DNA of 64,000 nt, from NCBI GenBank assembly GCA_963806225.1, contig CAWDXG010000004.1:1472001-1536000 (forward strand), written 5' to 3'. The translations under genes were made by a program, and so were the position numbers. This DNA comes from an uncultured delta proteobacterium (GTDB taxonomy: Bacteria > Myxococcota_A > Polyangia > Polyangiales > Polyangiaceae). The notes below the pieces were generated by a model, which worked only from the letters and a program-made list of their open reading frames with translations, was not told the origin of the DNA and did not search any database. Of the stretch, positions 19,941-29,437 are shown one piece after another (within the stretch, counting starts at the first letter, position 1; each line of letters begins with the position of its first letter).

Positions 19941-21134
19941 TCAGGGCGCGGTCGGCACGACGGTGATGGCGGGTAGGTTCCACCAGCCGGGCGTCGCGAT
20001 GTCGATGCGCGGGCCGACCACGATGATCGCGTAGGTCCGGCCGTTCTCGAGCTTCGAAACGCCGCCCCGGCCGAGCGCGTCGGACCAGGTCTGCGACGGC
20101 GCGGACGTGCTGCCGGAGAGGGCCTCGAGCGGCACGGTCCCGATCGGCGTGCCGTAGTCGACCAGCGCGTGATCCAGATCGGGCGGCCGCGGCAGGATCG
20201 CGCCGAAGCCGAGCCCCGAAGCCACGGGCAGCGCGTTCTCGGTCGTGTTGGGCGGCGTACCGGACTGGACGGTCAGGTTGTCGGTGGCTCGCGAAGCGTT
20301 GACCGCCTGGAGCCCCAGCCGTTCCGCCGCGGTGATGCGCGACATGCGTACCACCACGGGCGTGAGCGTCGGCTGGTCCGGCGCGTAGCCATCACCGCAC
20401 ACGGCCTGGTCGAGGCTGTCGCTGAAACCAGGGGCGCCCATACATCCGGCGGCCACCAGCAGGTAGCTGCGCCCGCCGGTGAGCGTGTCAGCGGGCAGCA
20501 CGGGCAGAGCCAGGGTGCGCAACGGGGGCGCAACGGGCGGCGGCGCGTCGACGGCGGCATCGGACGGTGCGTCGCCCGTAGCGTCCGTGGATGCGTCGGC
20601 TGCGGCATCGGACGGTGCGGCGTCGGCGCCCGCGTCCTGGGCGGCTGCGTCGGGCCCAGCGTCCGGTGCGGACATCTGCTGGGCGAGCGCGATCGCGGCG
20701 TCGCAGGTCTTGCCGCTCACCAGCGACAGATCGCCCGCGATGACGATCGGCTGGATGGCGTCCTTGGCGAAATCGAGACCCTGCAGCGATGCCACGGACG
20801 TCGCGTGCGCGAAGTCGAGCCCCTGGGCGGGCAGCGGCGAGCCGACGGGCAGGCTCGCGCCACCAGTGTCGACGCGCGCGAAACAGAACGCGATGCGCGT
20901 CGCGTCCACCACGCCGTGCACCAGCGTGAGCCGGTCCGGTCCCGTCGGCTCGGTCACGTCGGGCGCCGCGTCGGGCACGCCTCCGCCGCCACCCTGCGCG
21001 TCGGGAGCTGCGTCGGGTAGCGCGCCGCCCGATCCGCCGCTCGACGGTTGGGTCGCGAGCAGGTCGTGGTTCGACGTGCAGGCCCCCGCGCCGACCAGCA
21101 ACGCGAACCCGGCAGCGGCGAGCAGGCGCGCCAT
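19941..21134 (-). CDS. Hypothetical lipoprotein with DA-rich linkers
   Basis: MARLLAAAGFALLVGAGAC; PDAA/DAG low-complexity linkers; RLTLVHGVVDA domain start. Confidence 0.75.
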   Translation of the reverse strand: MARLLAAAGFALLVGAGACTSNHDLLATQPSSGGSGGALPDAAPDAQGGGGGVPDAAPDVTEPTGPDRLTLVHGVVDATRIAFCFARVDTGGASLPVGSPLPAQGLDFAHATSVASLQGLDFAKDAIQPIVIAGDLSLVSGKTCDAAIALAQQMSAPDAGPDAAAQDAGADAAPSDAAADASTDATGDAPSDAAVDAPPPVAPPLRTLALPVLPADTLTGGRSYLLVAAGCMGAPGFSDSLDQAVCGDGYAPDQPTLTPVVVRMSRITAAERLGLQAVNASRATDNLTVQSGTPPNTTENALPVASGLGFGAILPRPPDLDHALVDYGTPIGTVPLEALSGSTSAPSQTWSDALGRGGVSKLENGRTYAIIVVGPRIDIATPGWWNLPAITVVPTAP

Positions 21135-21171
21135 CTCCGCCGTTCTAGCCTGGACACCTGCCGGCAGCACA

Positions 21172-21301
21172 CGTGGCAATATGCCACGCTTTCCATGACA
21201 AATTGTAGCGTTTTGCTACAATTTCCGCCTTTCCGAGCCGCCACTTGACACTTCGCATGCCCAGCGTACAAGTAGGGGCATGAGAACTGACATGTCAGTT
21301 C
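21172..21301. promoter_or_regulatory. Divergent control region with a sigma70-like promoter and three palindromes
   Basis: CGTGGCA-ata-TGCCACG (21172-21188); AAATTGTAGC-gtttt-GCTACAATTT (21200-21224); TTGACA 21245-21250 with TACAAG 21267-21272; perfect GAACTGACATGTCAGTTC (21284-21301). Confidence 0.7.
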
Positions 21302-21933
21302 CGAAGAAGAAGCGTCGGACCTACCTGCCGGCGGCGGAGCGGCGCGACCAGATCCTCGACTGCGCGCTCGAGGCCTTCGCCGAGGCCGGCTACCACGCGA
21401 CCAGCATCGCGGACGTATGCAGCCGGGCGGGCATCGGCCGGGGCACGCTGTACCAGTACTTCGACGACAAGCGGGCGCTGCTCGAGGCGCTGGCCGAGCG
21501 CATCACCAAGCGCATCGTCAAGAGCTTTTCGGAGCGCGAGCGGTTGCGCGTGCCGCCCGGCTTCAAGCCTACACGACAGCAGGCGATCCAGTTCGTCGAG
21601 CAGCGCTTCGCAGAGGTGCTGCGGGCGGTGTTCGAGGACGCGGCCACAGCGCGGCTGGTGCTGCGCGCGGGGCGAGGCGCGGACGGCGTGGTGGACGGGA
21701 TCCTGCGCCGCATCGACGAGGCCGCTATCGCGCGCATCGAAGAAGAGCTCCGCGCTGCCAAGGAAGCCGGCGTGATCCGCCCGGTCGACGAGCACTTCGT
21801 GGCGCGCTTCTTCCTCGGAGGCGTCGAGAAGATCGTGCTGGCGTACATCGAGGACGATCGCCCCATCGACATCCAGGCCATCGCGCGGGAAGCCGCGCTG
21901 CTCGAAGTGCTCGGTATCTACCCGGACGAATAG
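21280..21933 (+). CDS. TetR/AcrR family transcriptional regulator
   Basis: RRDQILDCALEAFAEAGYHATSIADVCSRAGIGRGTLYQYFDDK HTH. Confidence 0.93.
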   Translation: MRTDMSVPKKKRRTYLPAAERRDQILDCALEAFAEAGYHATSIADVCSRAGIGRGTLYQYFDDKRALLEALAERITKRIVKSFSERERLRVPPGFKPTRQQAIQFVEQRFAEVLRAVFEDAATARLVLRAGRGADGVVDGILRRIDEAAIARIEEELRAAKEAGVIRPVDEHFVARFFLGGVEKIVLAYIEDDRPIDIQAIAREAALLEVLGIYPDE

Positions 21934-21959
21934 CGTTTCCACGAGAGAGGTCGAAGATC

Positions 21960-22916
21960 ATGGTGCATTGGTTCCCTCCGTACGAGATGGTGGAGAAGGC
22001 CGCAGTCGAAGACGCGGCGGTGAAGACGAAGCGCCTCGAGCGACTGTATCACCTGACGCAGAAGCACTCGTGGGACGGCAAGGCGGTCTTCGGCGCGCTC
22101 GTGGACAAGTACGGTCCGCCGGGGCAAGGCATGGACGAGGACAAGCGCCAGGCGCTGTCGCGCATCATGACGGTCCTGATGTGGGGCGAGCTGGCCGCCT
22201 GGAACATCTCGGCGGATCTGGCGCTGACCATCGAGGACATGGACGCGAAGATGGCCGCGACGGCGCAGGTGTTCGACGAGGCGCGGCACTTCTACGTGAT
22301 GCGCGACTACGTGATGGCGCTCGGGCCGGTGCCGCCCATCGGCGGCATCCCGCAGCGGCTCCTGCGCAAGGTGCTGGAGGCGCCGACGCTGGCGACCAAG
22401 CTCGTGGGCATGCAGCTCCTGTTCGAGACGAATGCGGTGGTGATGTTCCGGCGCATCGGCGAGAGCAACGTGTGCCCGATCCTGCACGAGCTTCTGCCCT
22501 ACTTCGAGCGCGACGAGTCGCGCCACGTCGGGCTGGGCGTGATGTACGTGCCGAAGCTGATCCAGAAGATGAGCCGCGCCGAGGCCAAGCGGACCGCGCG
22601 TTTCCAGGTTCAGTGCATCCTGCTCCTGATGAGCGGCGGCTTCGCGCTCCGCGAGGATTTCTCGCTGCTCGAGCTCGATCAGCGGCTGATGGCGCTGCGC
22701 GTGACCCACATGCAGGACGACGTGATACGGCAGATGATCGCCCAGCACGGCAAGGGCGTGTTGCGCGCCGTGGGGTCGCCGCGCGCAGGCCTGGGGCCGA
22801 AGATCCTCGACCTCATCCACCCGCCGGAAGGGCTCGACAACGCCTCGCCCTGGATCCAGAGCGTGAACAGAGGCCTGATGAAGACCATGCGCGCGGTGGA
22901 TCGCGCGCTGGCGTAG
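21960..22916 (+). CDS. Ferritin-like diiron-carboxylate protein
   Basis: Ligand pattern WGE...DEARH...FE...DESRH; ATG at 21960 (MVHWFPPYEM). Confidence 0.8.
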   Translation: MVHWFPPYEMVEKAAVEDAAVKTKRLERLYHLTQKHSWDGKAVFGALVDKYGPPGQGMDEDKRQALSRIMTVLMWGELAAWNISADLALTIEDMDAKMAATAQVFDEARHFYVMRDYVMALGPVPPIGGIPQRLLRKVLEAPTLATKLVGMQLLFETNAVVMFRRIGESNVCPILHELLPYFERDESRHVGLGVMYVPKLIQKMSRAEAKRTARFQVQCILLLMSGGFALREDFSLLELDQRLMALRVTHMQDDVIRQMIAQHGKGVLRAVGSPRAGLGPKILDLIHPPEGLDNASPWIQSVNRGLMKTMRAVDRALA

Positions 22917-22943
22917 CCTGGATCCCGTGCTCTAATCCCGCGT

Positions 22944-23741
22944 ATGCGCATCCGCAGCGGTCGTGCCGTTGTCCACTACGAGCTCGGCGGAAAGCCCGAC
23001 GCCCCTGCCCTGCTCATGATCCGCGGACTGGGGCGCACGCGGCTGCACTGGGGGCGCGTGCTCGACGAGCTCGCCGCGGACTTCCGCCTGGTCACGATGG
23101 ACAACCGCGGCGTGGGCGACAGCAGCGCGCCGCTTCCGCCCTACTCCACCGCGTCCATGGCGCGCGACGCGGCGCGCGTGATCGAAGCCGCCGAGGTCGA
23201 GCGCGCGCACGTCTTCGGGATCTCGCTCGGCGGGATGATCGCGCAGGAGCTCGCTATCCGCTATCCGGAGCGCGTCGACCGGCTGGTGCTCGGCTGCACG
23301 CGCGCGGGTGCCGGCAGCGGGCCCGCGACACCGGCGCCGGTGGTGCGGCGGATGCTGGGCGCGATGCGGCTCGGGGCGGAAGGGGCGGTCGACGCGAGCG
23401 CGCCGCTGATCCTGGGTCAGCGTTTCATCGACGAGCACCCGGAGGTGATCGCGGAGTGGCAGAAACTCGCGCGACTGCAGCGAGCACGCGTGCACGGCGT
23501 GCTGGGACAGCTTCTCGCCGCGGCGCGCCACGACACGGCGGACCGCCTGCATCGCATCCGCGCCAGGACGCTGGTCGTCACCGGCGACGCCGATCGCATG
23601 ATCCCGCCGGAGAACTCCGGGGGCATTGCCGGGCGCATCCCCGGCGCGCGCCTGCGGATCCTGCCTGGCGCGGCTCACGATTTCCCGACGGAGCGCGCGA
23701 GCGAGACCGCCGAGCTACTGCGGAAGTTCCTGCTTTCCTAG
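22944..23741 (+). CDS. Alpha/beta-fold hydrolase
   Basis: DNRGVGDS, nucleophile elbow GISLGG, GDADRMIP, GAAH. Confidence 0.9.
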   Translation: MRIRSGRAVVHYELGGKPDAPALLMIRGLGRTRLHWGRVLDELAADFRLVTMDNRGVGDSSAPLPPYSTASMARDAARVIEAAEVERAHVFGISLGGMIAQELAIRYPERVDRLVLGCTRAGAGSGPATPAPVVRRMLGAMRLGAEGAVDASAPLILGQRFIDEHPEVIAEWQKLARLQRARVHGVLGQLLAAARHDTADRLHRIRARTLVVTGDADRMIPPENSGGIAGRIPGARLRILPGAAHDFPTERASETAELLRKFLLS

Positions 23742-23761
23742 CGAGGGGGTCCCGGCGCGCG

Positions 23762-25054
23762 TCAGAGCTTGCAGTCCGGGCTTCCGCCGTCCGTCCACAT
23801 CATGAGCTTCATGTCGGGGCGGCGCTTCGCCAGCGCCACGGCGTCGGGGCGGGCGCAGCTTCCGGGCAGCATCAGCTCGTGCAGCGTCTTGACGCGCGCG
23901 AGCGACAGCACGTTGTGCACGTGCGTCCCGGGCAACCAGAGCGTGACCAGGGAGGGCGAAGCGGCGAGCGGCGCGATGCTCGCGAGCGGCGTGTTGGTGG
24001 CTTCGATTTCCTCCAGATGCTTGAGCCGCGCGAGCGGGGCGAGGCTCTTCACCCGGGTGTCGTCGATGTGGAGCCACCTGAGCTCGGGACAATGCGCGAG
24101 CGGCGCGAGGCTGGTCACCCGCGTGCCCCGGATATCGAGCCGGCGCAGCTTCCTCATGCGACCGACGATCGCGAGCGATCGGACCGGGCTGTGTTCCGGG
24201 TACGACGGGTCCACGGCCGAGAGGTCCAGCTCCAACACATCCAGAAACGAGAGGAGCGGATCCATCGGGGCCGTGGGGTCGTTGCAGCTGACAGAAAGCG
24301 ACTCGAGCTTCGCCGGCTCGGGCGGCCGCTGCTTCTTCGAGTCGAAACACGACAGACGAAGCGCCCGGAGCTCGCTGAACTGCGCCAGGGCATCGAAGCC
24401 GGACGCGTTGTAGGCGCCCAACTCCCTGAGCTTCGGGGCCGCTCGCGCGACGGCGGAGAGGTCGACGTGTTGCCAGGTGTCGAAGCTCTCGAGCGCGGTG
24501 AGACGGGACAGGAGCGATACGTCGACAAGTGCGGGCTGCATGGCGTTCAGACGCAGGCTCTTCACCTGCGTGAGCTCACCGAGCGGCTCGAGCGTCTCGA
24601 TCGGGTTCATGATCTTGACGCTCCGGAGGCTCCGGATGCGGGACAGCGCCGACAGCGAGACCATCGGGTGGATGTCGATCCAGATGGACTCGAGCGCGGG
24701 CAGGTGGCCGAGTGGCGCAAGATCGGACGCGCGCCGCGGGCTTCCCGACAGCGACAGGCTCTTCACGAAGGACAGGTCGCCGGCACGGTCGAGCAGAGGC
24801 AGGCATGCCACGTCGAAGTCGGCGACGGTCTTGTCGTCGTGCATGGCGAGCGCCTGGTGTTCGCGCGTGCACGGCGGCAGCGGGGGGCCCGCGTCCGCTG
24901 GGGGCGGTGGCGGCGACACGACAGCGCTCGCCGTGACAGGCGGGGGCACGCGCACCGGCGCTGCAGGGCGAGGCGGGGCGGATGGCGTACAGGCTGCGGC
25001 CAGCGCCAGTCCCCCGGCGAGGACCAGGCCAACGGCCGCGCGCCACGCCTGCAT
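23762..25054 (-). CDS. Leucine-rich-repeat lipoprotein (internalin-like LRRs)
   Basis: LAAAC lipobox, Pro-rich linker, repeated LxxLxLxxTxVxSLAPLAxL units. Confidence 0.8.
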   Translation of the reverse strand: MQAWRAAVGLVLAGGLALAAACTPSAPPRPAAPVRVPPPVTASAVVSPPPPPADAGPPLPPCTREHQALAMHDDKTVADFDVACLPLLDRAGDLSFVKSLSLSGSPRRASDLAPLGHLPALESIWIDIHPMVSLSALSRIRSLRSVKIMNPIETLEPLGELTQVKSLRLNAMQPALVDVSLLSRLTALESFDTWQHVDLSAVARAAPKLRELGAYNASGFDALAQFSELRALRLSCFDSKKQRPPEPAKLESLSVSCNDPTAPMDPLLSFLDVLELDLSAVDPSYPEHSPVRSLAIVGRMRKLRRLDIRGTRVTSLAPLAHCPELRWLHIDDTRVKSLAPLARLKHLEEIEATNTPLASIAPLAASPSLVTLWLPGTHVHNVLSLARVKTLHELMLPGSCARPDAVALAKRRPDMKLMMWTDGGSPDCKL

Positions 25055-25061
25055 CGGAGCC

Positions 25062-26612
25062 CTACGAAGCGCCGATGAGCCGTCCGATGAGCGGGCCGTT
25101 GCCCTGGACGGCAGTGCGCTGCTGGTAGAGCGCCATGCCGCGCGGACCGCCGAGCTCCTCGCCGCCGCCAGCGCGGCCTGGGCCGCCATGCACGAGGTTC
25201 GGCAGCACGGTGCCGGGCGCGATGGACTTGTCGGCGACCTTGCCGTCGACCACGACCAGGCGGCCGTGCCACGGGGCGAGCAGCGCGATGAGCTCGCCGA
25301 GCAGGCGGCGCTCGTCGCCGTAGACGGAGCACACCAGCCCGCCCTCGCCGGCCCGCACCACGGAAGCCGCACCAGCAGCGCTGCCGTTGTAGGGCAGAAG
25401 CGTGGCGACGGGGCCGAAGACCTCGTGGGCGTGCACGCTGGTCGCGGCGATCGCATCGTCGGCTTCCAGGAGCAGCGGCGGCACGAAGAAGCCCTTGCCC
25501 TCCGGCGCGCCGACGGGCTCGACCTTGTCCGGATCGCCCCACGCCACCTTGGCCTGCTCGAGCAATCTGCGGACACCCTCGTGCACGCTCGTCCGCTGCG
25601 CGGCCGTGGCGACCGGACCCATGTCGACACCGTCGGTCGCGGGGTTGCCGACGCACACGCGCGAGAGCCGCTCGCCGAGCGCTTCGCGGACGCGCGGCAC
25701 GTCGCCATCCGGGACGATGATGCGGCGGATGGCCGTGCACTTCTGCCCCGTCTTCTGCGTGATGTCGCGATGCACGTCGCGGATGAACGCGTCGAAAGCG
25801 CTGTCGCTGGCGTCAGGCAGGAGCAGCGCGGCGTTCAGGCTGTCGGCCTCGACGTTGACCCGCACTCCCTGGTCGAGGAGCCGCTCGCGACCGCGGATGC
25901 TGCGCCCCGTGTGGCTGCTGCCGGTGAACGCGATCACGTCCTGCCACTCGAGGTGGTCGAGCAGATCGCCCGCCGAGCCGCAGAGCAGGCTGAACGCGCC
26001 GGGCGGAAGGATGTTCGCCTCGACTACGAGCTTGACGGTGTGCCACGAAAGCAGCGAGGTGGCCGTGGCGGGCTTGGTGAGCACCGGCATGCCGGCCAGG
26101 AGCGCGGTCGCCGCTTTCTCGGCCCAGCCCCAGGCGGGGAAGTTGTAGGCGCCGATATGCACGGCCACGCCGTGTCGGGGCGACAGCACGTGCCAGCCCT
26201 GCAGGCGCGAGCCGGCGATATCGAAGGGCTCGCCGTCGACGAGCAGCGTGCGATCGCCGAGCTCTTTTCCGAGCTGGGCGTAGGCCATCAGCGTGCCCGT
26301 CGCACCGTCGATGTCGAACTTGGCGTCGCTGCGCGTGTTACCGCCGTTGGCCACGGCCACGGCGATGAGCTCCTCGCGCTTTTCGTAGATGGCCTTGCTC
26401 ATCTGCTCGAGCAGCGCACCGCGCTCGGCAAAGGTCATCGCACGCAGTGCGGGGCCACCTTCGGAGCGCGCGTGGTCGAGCGCGCGCTTCATGTCGATGC
26501 CGTTCGTCGAAGTGCGGGCAAGCACCTCCTCCGTGGCGGGATTGACGAGCTCGGCCTGCGGCTCCTTGCCGGCGACCCACTTGCCTTCGACGTAGTTCTC
26601 GAGTGTCTGCAC
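25062..26612 (-). CDS. Aldehyde dehydrogenase of the PaaZ-N/BoxD (3,4-dehydroadipyl-CoA semialdehyde dehydrogenase) type
   Basis: GTG start VQTLENYVEGKW; AYNFPAWG, FTGS, VEADSLN, KTGQKCTAIRR, EVFGP, HGGPGRAGGGEELGG; no MaoC domain. Confidence 0.85.
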   Translation of the reverse strand: MQTLENYVEGKWVAGKEPQAELVNPATEEVLARTSTNGIDMKRALDHARSEGGPALRAMTFAERGALLEQMSKAIYEKREELIAVAVANGGNTRSDAKFDIDGATGTLMAYAQLGKELGDRTLLVDGEPFDIAGSRLQGWHVLSPRHGVAVHIGAYNFPAWGWAEKAATALLAGMPVLTKPATATSLLSWHTVKLVVEANILPPGAFSLLCGSAGDLLDHLEWQDVIAFTGSSHTGRSIRGRERLLDQGVRVNVEADSLNAALLLPDASDSAFDAFIRDVHRDITQKTGQKCTAIRRIIVPDGDVPRVREALGERLSRVCVGNPATDGVDMGPVATAAQRTSVHEGVRRLLEQAKVAWGDPDKVEPVGAPEGKGFFVPPLLLEADDAIAATSVHAHEVFGPVATLLPYNGSAAGAASVVRAGEGGLVCSVYGDERRLLGELIALLAPWHGRLVVVDGKVADKSIAPGTVLPNLVHGGPGRAGGGEELGGPRGMALYQQRTAVQGNGPLIGRLIGAS

Positions 26613-26650
26613 TCTGACGGCCTCCTGGCTATGCGGCGTGCGGCAGGTTG

Positions 26651-27583
26651 TTACTGGATCTTGATGAGCTTGATGTCGAAAACGAGCATGCCCTGCGGCG
26701 CGCCGGGTCGCGGGTGCTCGCCATACGCGAGCTTGGCGGGGATCCAGAATCGGGCTTTCTCGCCCTCCACCATCAGCTGCACGCCCTCGGTCCAGCCCTT
26801 GATCACCTGGCCGAGGTTGAAGGTCGCCGGCTGCCCGCGCACGACCGAGCTGTCGAACATCTTTCCGTCGGTCGTCCAGCCCGTGTAGTCCACCGTCACC
26901 CGGTTCTGCGCCGTGGGGTGCGTCTTGCCCTTGCCCTTGACCAGGACGTGGTAGGCGAGGCCGGACGCCGTCTTCTTCGCGTTCGCCGGCGGCGCCTTCA
27001 CGTCCTTGGGGACGGTCGGAGGCTTGGGCATGTGGATGATGCTCAAGAGCTCGACGTTGAAGACGAGCTCGCCCTGTGGTGCGCCCGGACGCGGATGCTC
27101 GCCGTAGGCGAGCTTGGCCGGGATCCACATGCGGCGCTTTTCCCCCTCGACCATGAGCTGTAGCCCCTCGGTCCAGCCCTTGATCACCTGGCCGACGCCG
27201 AACGTAGCCGGCCGACCGCGCACGACCGAGCTGTCGAACATGTGGCCGTCGGTCGTCCAGCCCGTGTAGTTCACGCGCACCTTGTCCTGGGGCTCCGGAT
27301 GCGCCGTGCCGTGACCCTTCTGCAGCACCTTGGTGACGAGTCCCGAAGCCGTCTTCTTCGCGTCCTTGGGAGGCTTCGCGACGTCCGCGGGCGCCGGGAT
27401 GGGCTTGGGCTGCGCCCTGTGGCGGGTGGCCTGCGGGATGTCGGCGCTCTGCTTGAGCTGGATTCCCGGGGGGATGGTGTCGGCCTGGAGGATCGTCGAG
27501 TTGTCCGACTTCTTTTTCGAATGGCAGGCGCTGGTGAGGCACAGGGCCCCGACGAGCGCGGCGGAGACAGGCAGGAAACGCAT
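26651..27583 (-). CDS. FKBP-type peptidyl-prolyl isomerase with two tandem domains, probable lipoprotein
   Basis: Two copies of YTGWTTDGxMFDSSVVRG...VIKGWTEG...WIPAKLAYG; LTSAC lipobox. Confidence 0.92.
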   Translation of the reverse strand: MRFLPVSAALVGALCLTSACHSKKKSDNSTILQADTIPPGIQLKQSADIPQATRHRAQPKPIPAPADVAKPPKDAKKTASGLVTKVLQKGHGTAHPEPQDKVRVNYTGWTTDGHMFDSSVVRGRPATFGVGQVIKGWTEGLQLMVEGEKRRMWIPAKLAYGEHPRPGAPQGELVFNVELLSIIHMPKPPTVPKDVKAPPANAKKTASGLAYHVLVKGKGKTHPTAQNRVTVDYTGWTTDGKMFDSSVVRGQPATFNLGQVIKGWTEGVQLMVEGEKARFWIPAKLAYGEHPRPGAPQGMLVFDIKLIKIQ

Positions 27584-27624
27584 GGCGCGGGAGTGTGCCC
27601 CGCGAAGCGGCGGCTGCCAAGCGG

Positions 27625-28431
27625 TCAGCCGCTCCCGGCCCTCAGCACGTGGCCATGATCCAGCGGGCCGTGGCCGGAGCCGTAGCCGGGCGCGGCGCGG
27701 ATGGCGGCGTGCACGTAGTCGTGGGCGCGCCGGACGGCATCGGCGAGCGTCCAGCCTTCGGCCACCCCGGCTGCGACGGCCGAGGCCAGCGTGCAGCCAG
27801 TGCCGTGCGTGCTGGTGGTGAGAAGGCGCGGGCTCTCGAAGCGGTGCTCGGCGCCGTCGGCGGTGCGCAGGAGGTCGATCACGCTGTCGCCTGGGAGATG
27901 GCCGCCCTTGAGGAGCACCGCGGCGGAGCCGAGCGCCAGCAGCCGATCGGCGGCGCGTCCGAGATCGTCGGCGGAGCGGAGCTCGAGGCCCGTCAGCGCC
28001 TCCGCTTCAGGCACGTTCGGCGTGATCAGCGCCGAAAGCGGCAGCAGCCGCTCCACGAGCACCCGCCGCGCTGGCTCATCGAGCAGCGACGCGCCGCCCT
28101 TGGCGACCATCACCGGATCGACGATCAACGGCACGCCGGTCGCCAGCCGCTCGACCGTCGCGGCGACTGCTTCGACGACCGCGGCCGAGCCGAGCATGCC
28201 GGTCTTGATCGCGTCGGCGCCGATGTCGGTGAGCACCAGCTCCATCTGCTCTGCGACGAACTCCGGCTCCACCGGCACGACACCGAACACGCCCAGCGTG
28301 TTCTGGGCGGTGAGCGCGGTGATGGCCGTCGCGGCGTAGCCGCCGAGCACCGTCACGGTCTTGATGTCGGCCTGGATGCCGGCGCCGCCCCCCGAGTCGG
28401 AGCCGGCGACGATCAGTACGCGTCCGGTCAT
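27625..28431 (-). CDS. thiD: Hydroxymethylpyrimidine/phosphomethylpyrimidine kinase
   Basis: AGSDSGGGAGIQADIKT, TAQNT, KTGMLG, DPVMVAKGG, HGTGCTL. Confidence 0.95.
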   Translation of the reverse strand: MTGRVLIVAGSDSGGGAGIQADIKTVTVLGGYAATAITALTAQNTLGVFGVVPVEPEFVAEQMELVLTDIGADAIKTGMLGSAAVVEAVAATVERLATGVPLIVDPVMVAKGGASLLDEPARRVLVERLLPLSALITPNVPEAEALTGLELRSADDLGRAADRLLALGSAAVLLKGGHLPGDSVIDLLRTADGAEHRFESPRLLTTSTHGTGCTLASAVAAGVAEGWTLADAVRRAHDYVHAAIRAAPGYGSGHGPLDHGHVLRAGSG

Positions 28432-28499
28432 GACGCCGGGTATACGGCGTCACGGCGCCGGGCGCCGGGCAAATCGTGTCGCCGGCCCGACGGGCCTTT

Positions 28500-29288
28500 C
28501 TAGAGCTTCACGACCGCGATGTTGTCGTAGTCGACGCGGCCTGGATAGTGCGCCGAAAGCCAGACGAGAATGCGCGTCGCGTTCGACGGCGCGACCACGT
28601 TCCAGCTCAGCACCTTCCAGTCGAAGTCGTTCTCGGCGGCGCTCGCTGTCTTCGGGTTCTTCACGTCGCCGAAGAACTGATCGTTGGCGTCGAGCCACTG
28701 CACGCCGAGCACGAACCAGGCGGCGGGATTGATGGAGTTGCCCTGCGCGCGAACCGCCGCGCTGATGCGATAGGTCGCGCCGCCCTGGATGCTGTTGTAG
28801 TCGCTGACGCGCTGGATGGCGTAGCAGTCCCACTGGCCCAGGGCGTCGATGGTCAGCGCATTGCCGGTGCAGCCGGTGGGCGCCGCGCTCAGGTAGACGT
28901 GCTGCGACGACGTGCCGGATCCCGCGCAGGTGGTCGGCTGGCCCGGAGCGCGCACCTCCCAGAAGGCCGGCGCGTCGCCGGCCATGCCCTCCTCGAACGT
29001 CCCGTGGTCGAGCAGATTGCCGACCGGGTCGGTGCAGACATCGAAGGAGACCCCGGCGTCGTTTCCGGCCGCGCCGCCCGCCGCGCCGGTCGCACCCGTT
29101 CCCGACACGCCACCGGAACCTGCCGAAGCATCGCCGTGGGTCGTCCCGCCGGAGCCGCCCGCGTTGCCGGCGACTCCACCGGAAGCGTCGAACCGATGAT
29201 CGTTGTTGGCGACGCCGCCGGCATCGGATCCGCAGGCGACCGCAAGGGCCAGGACCGCCAGGCCTGCGCCGAACAAGTATCGATACAT
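28500..29288 (-). CDS. Lipoprotein with a Gly-rich linker and a CBM4/9-like beta-sandwich
   Basis: LAVAC lipobox; NLLDHGTFEEG start and YDNIAV end typical of such domains. Confidence 0.7.
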   Translation of the reverse strand: MYRYLFGAGLAVLALAVACGSDAGGVANNDHRFDASGGVAGNAGGSGGTTHGDASAGSGGVSGTGATGAAGGAAGNDAGVSFDVCTDPVGNLLDHGTFEEGMAGDAPAFWEVRAPGQPTTCAGSGTSSQHVYLSAAPTGCTGNALTIDALGQWDCYAIQRVSDYNSIQGGATYRISAAVRAQGNSINPAAWFVLGVQWLDANDQFFGDVKNPKTASAAENDFDWKVLSWNVVAPSNATRILVWLSAHYPGRVDYDNIAVVKL

Positions 29289-29437
29289 ATGGAGCAAGTG
29301 TAGCACCTCGATGACCCCGGTCATCCGCCCCTTTCAACCGGCAACAACGCCAGCCGGGCTAGACGTTTCGCGATTGCACAACCCCGCTGGCGTCACTACG
29401 ACTACCCTCTGGCGGGGGAGGAGGAGGAGGCGTTTCG

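Noticed and set aside
21968..26888. 1036-aa and 803-aa + strand ORFs
   Set aside because: Arg/Ala-rich off-frame or antisense overlaps of well-supported genes
25062..27620. 852-aa fusion ORF
   Set aside because: Its N-terminal part is an off-frame read of the FKBP gene; the dehydrogenase starts at GTG 26612
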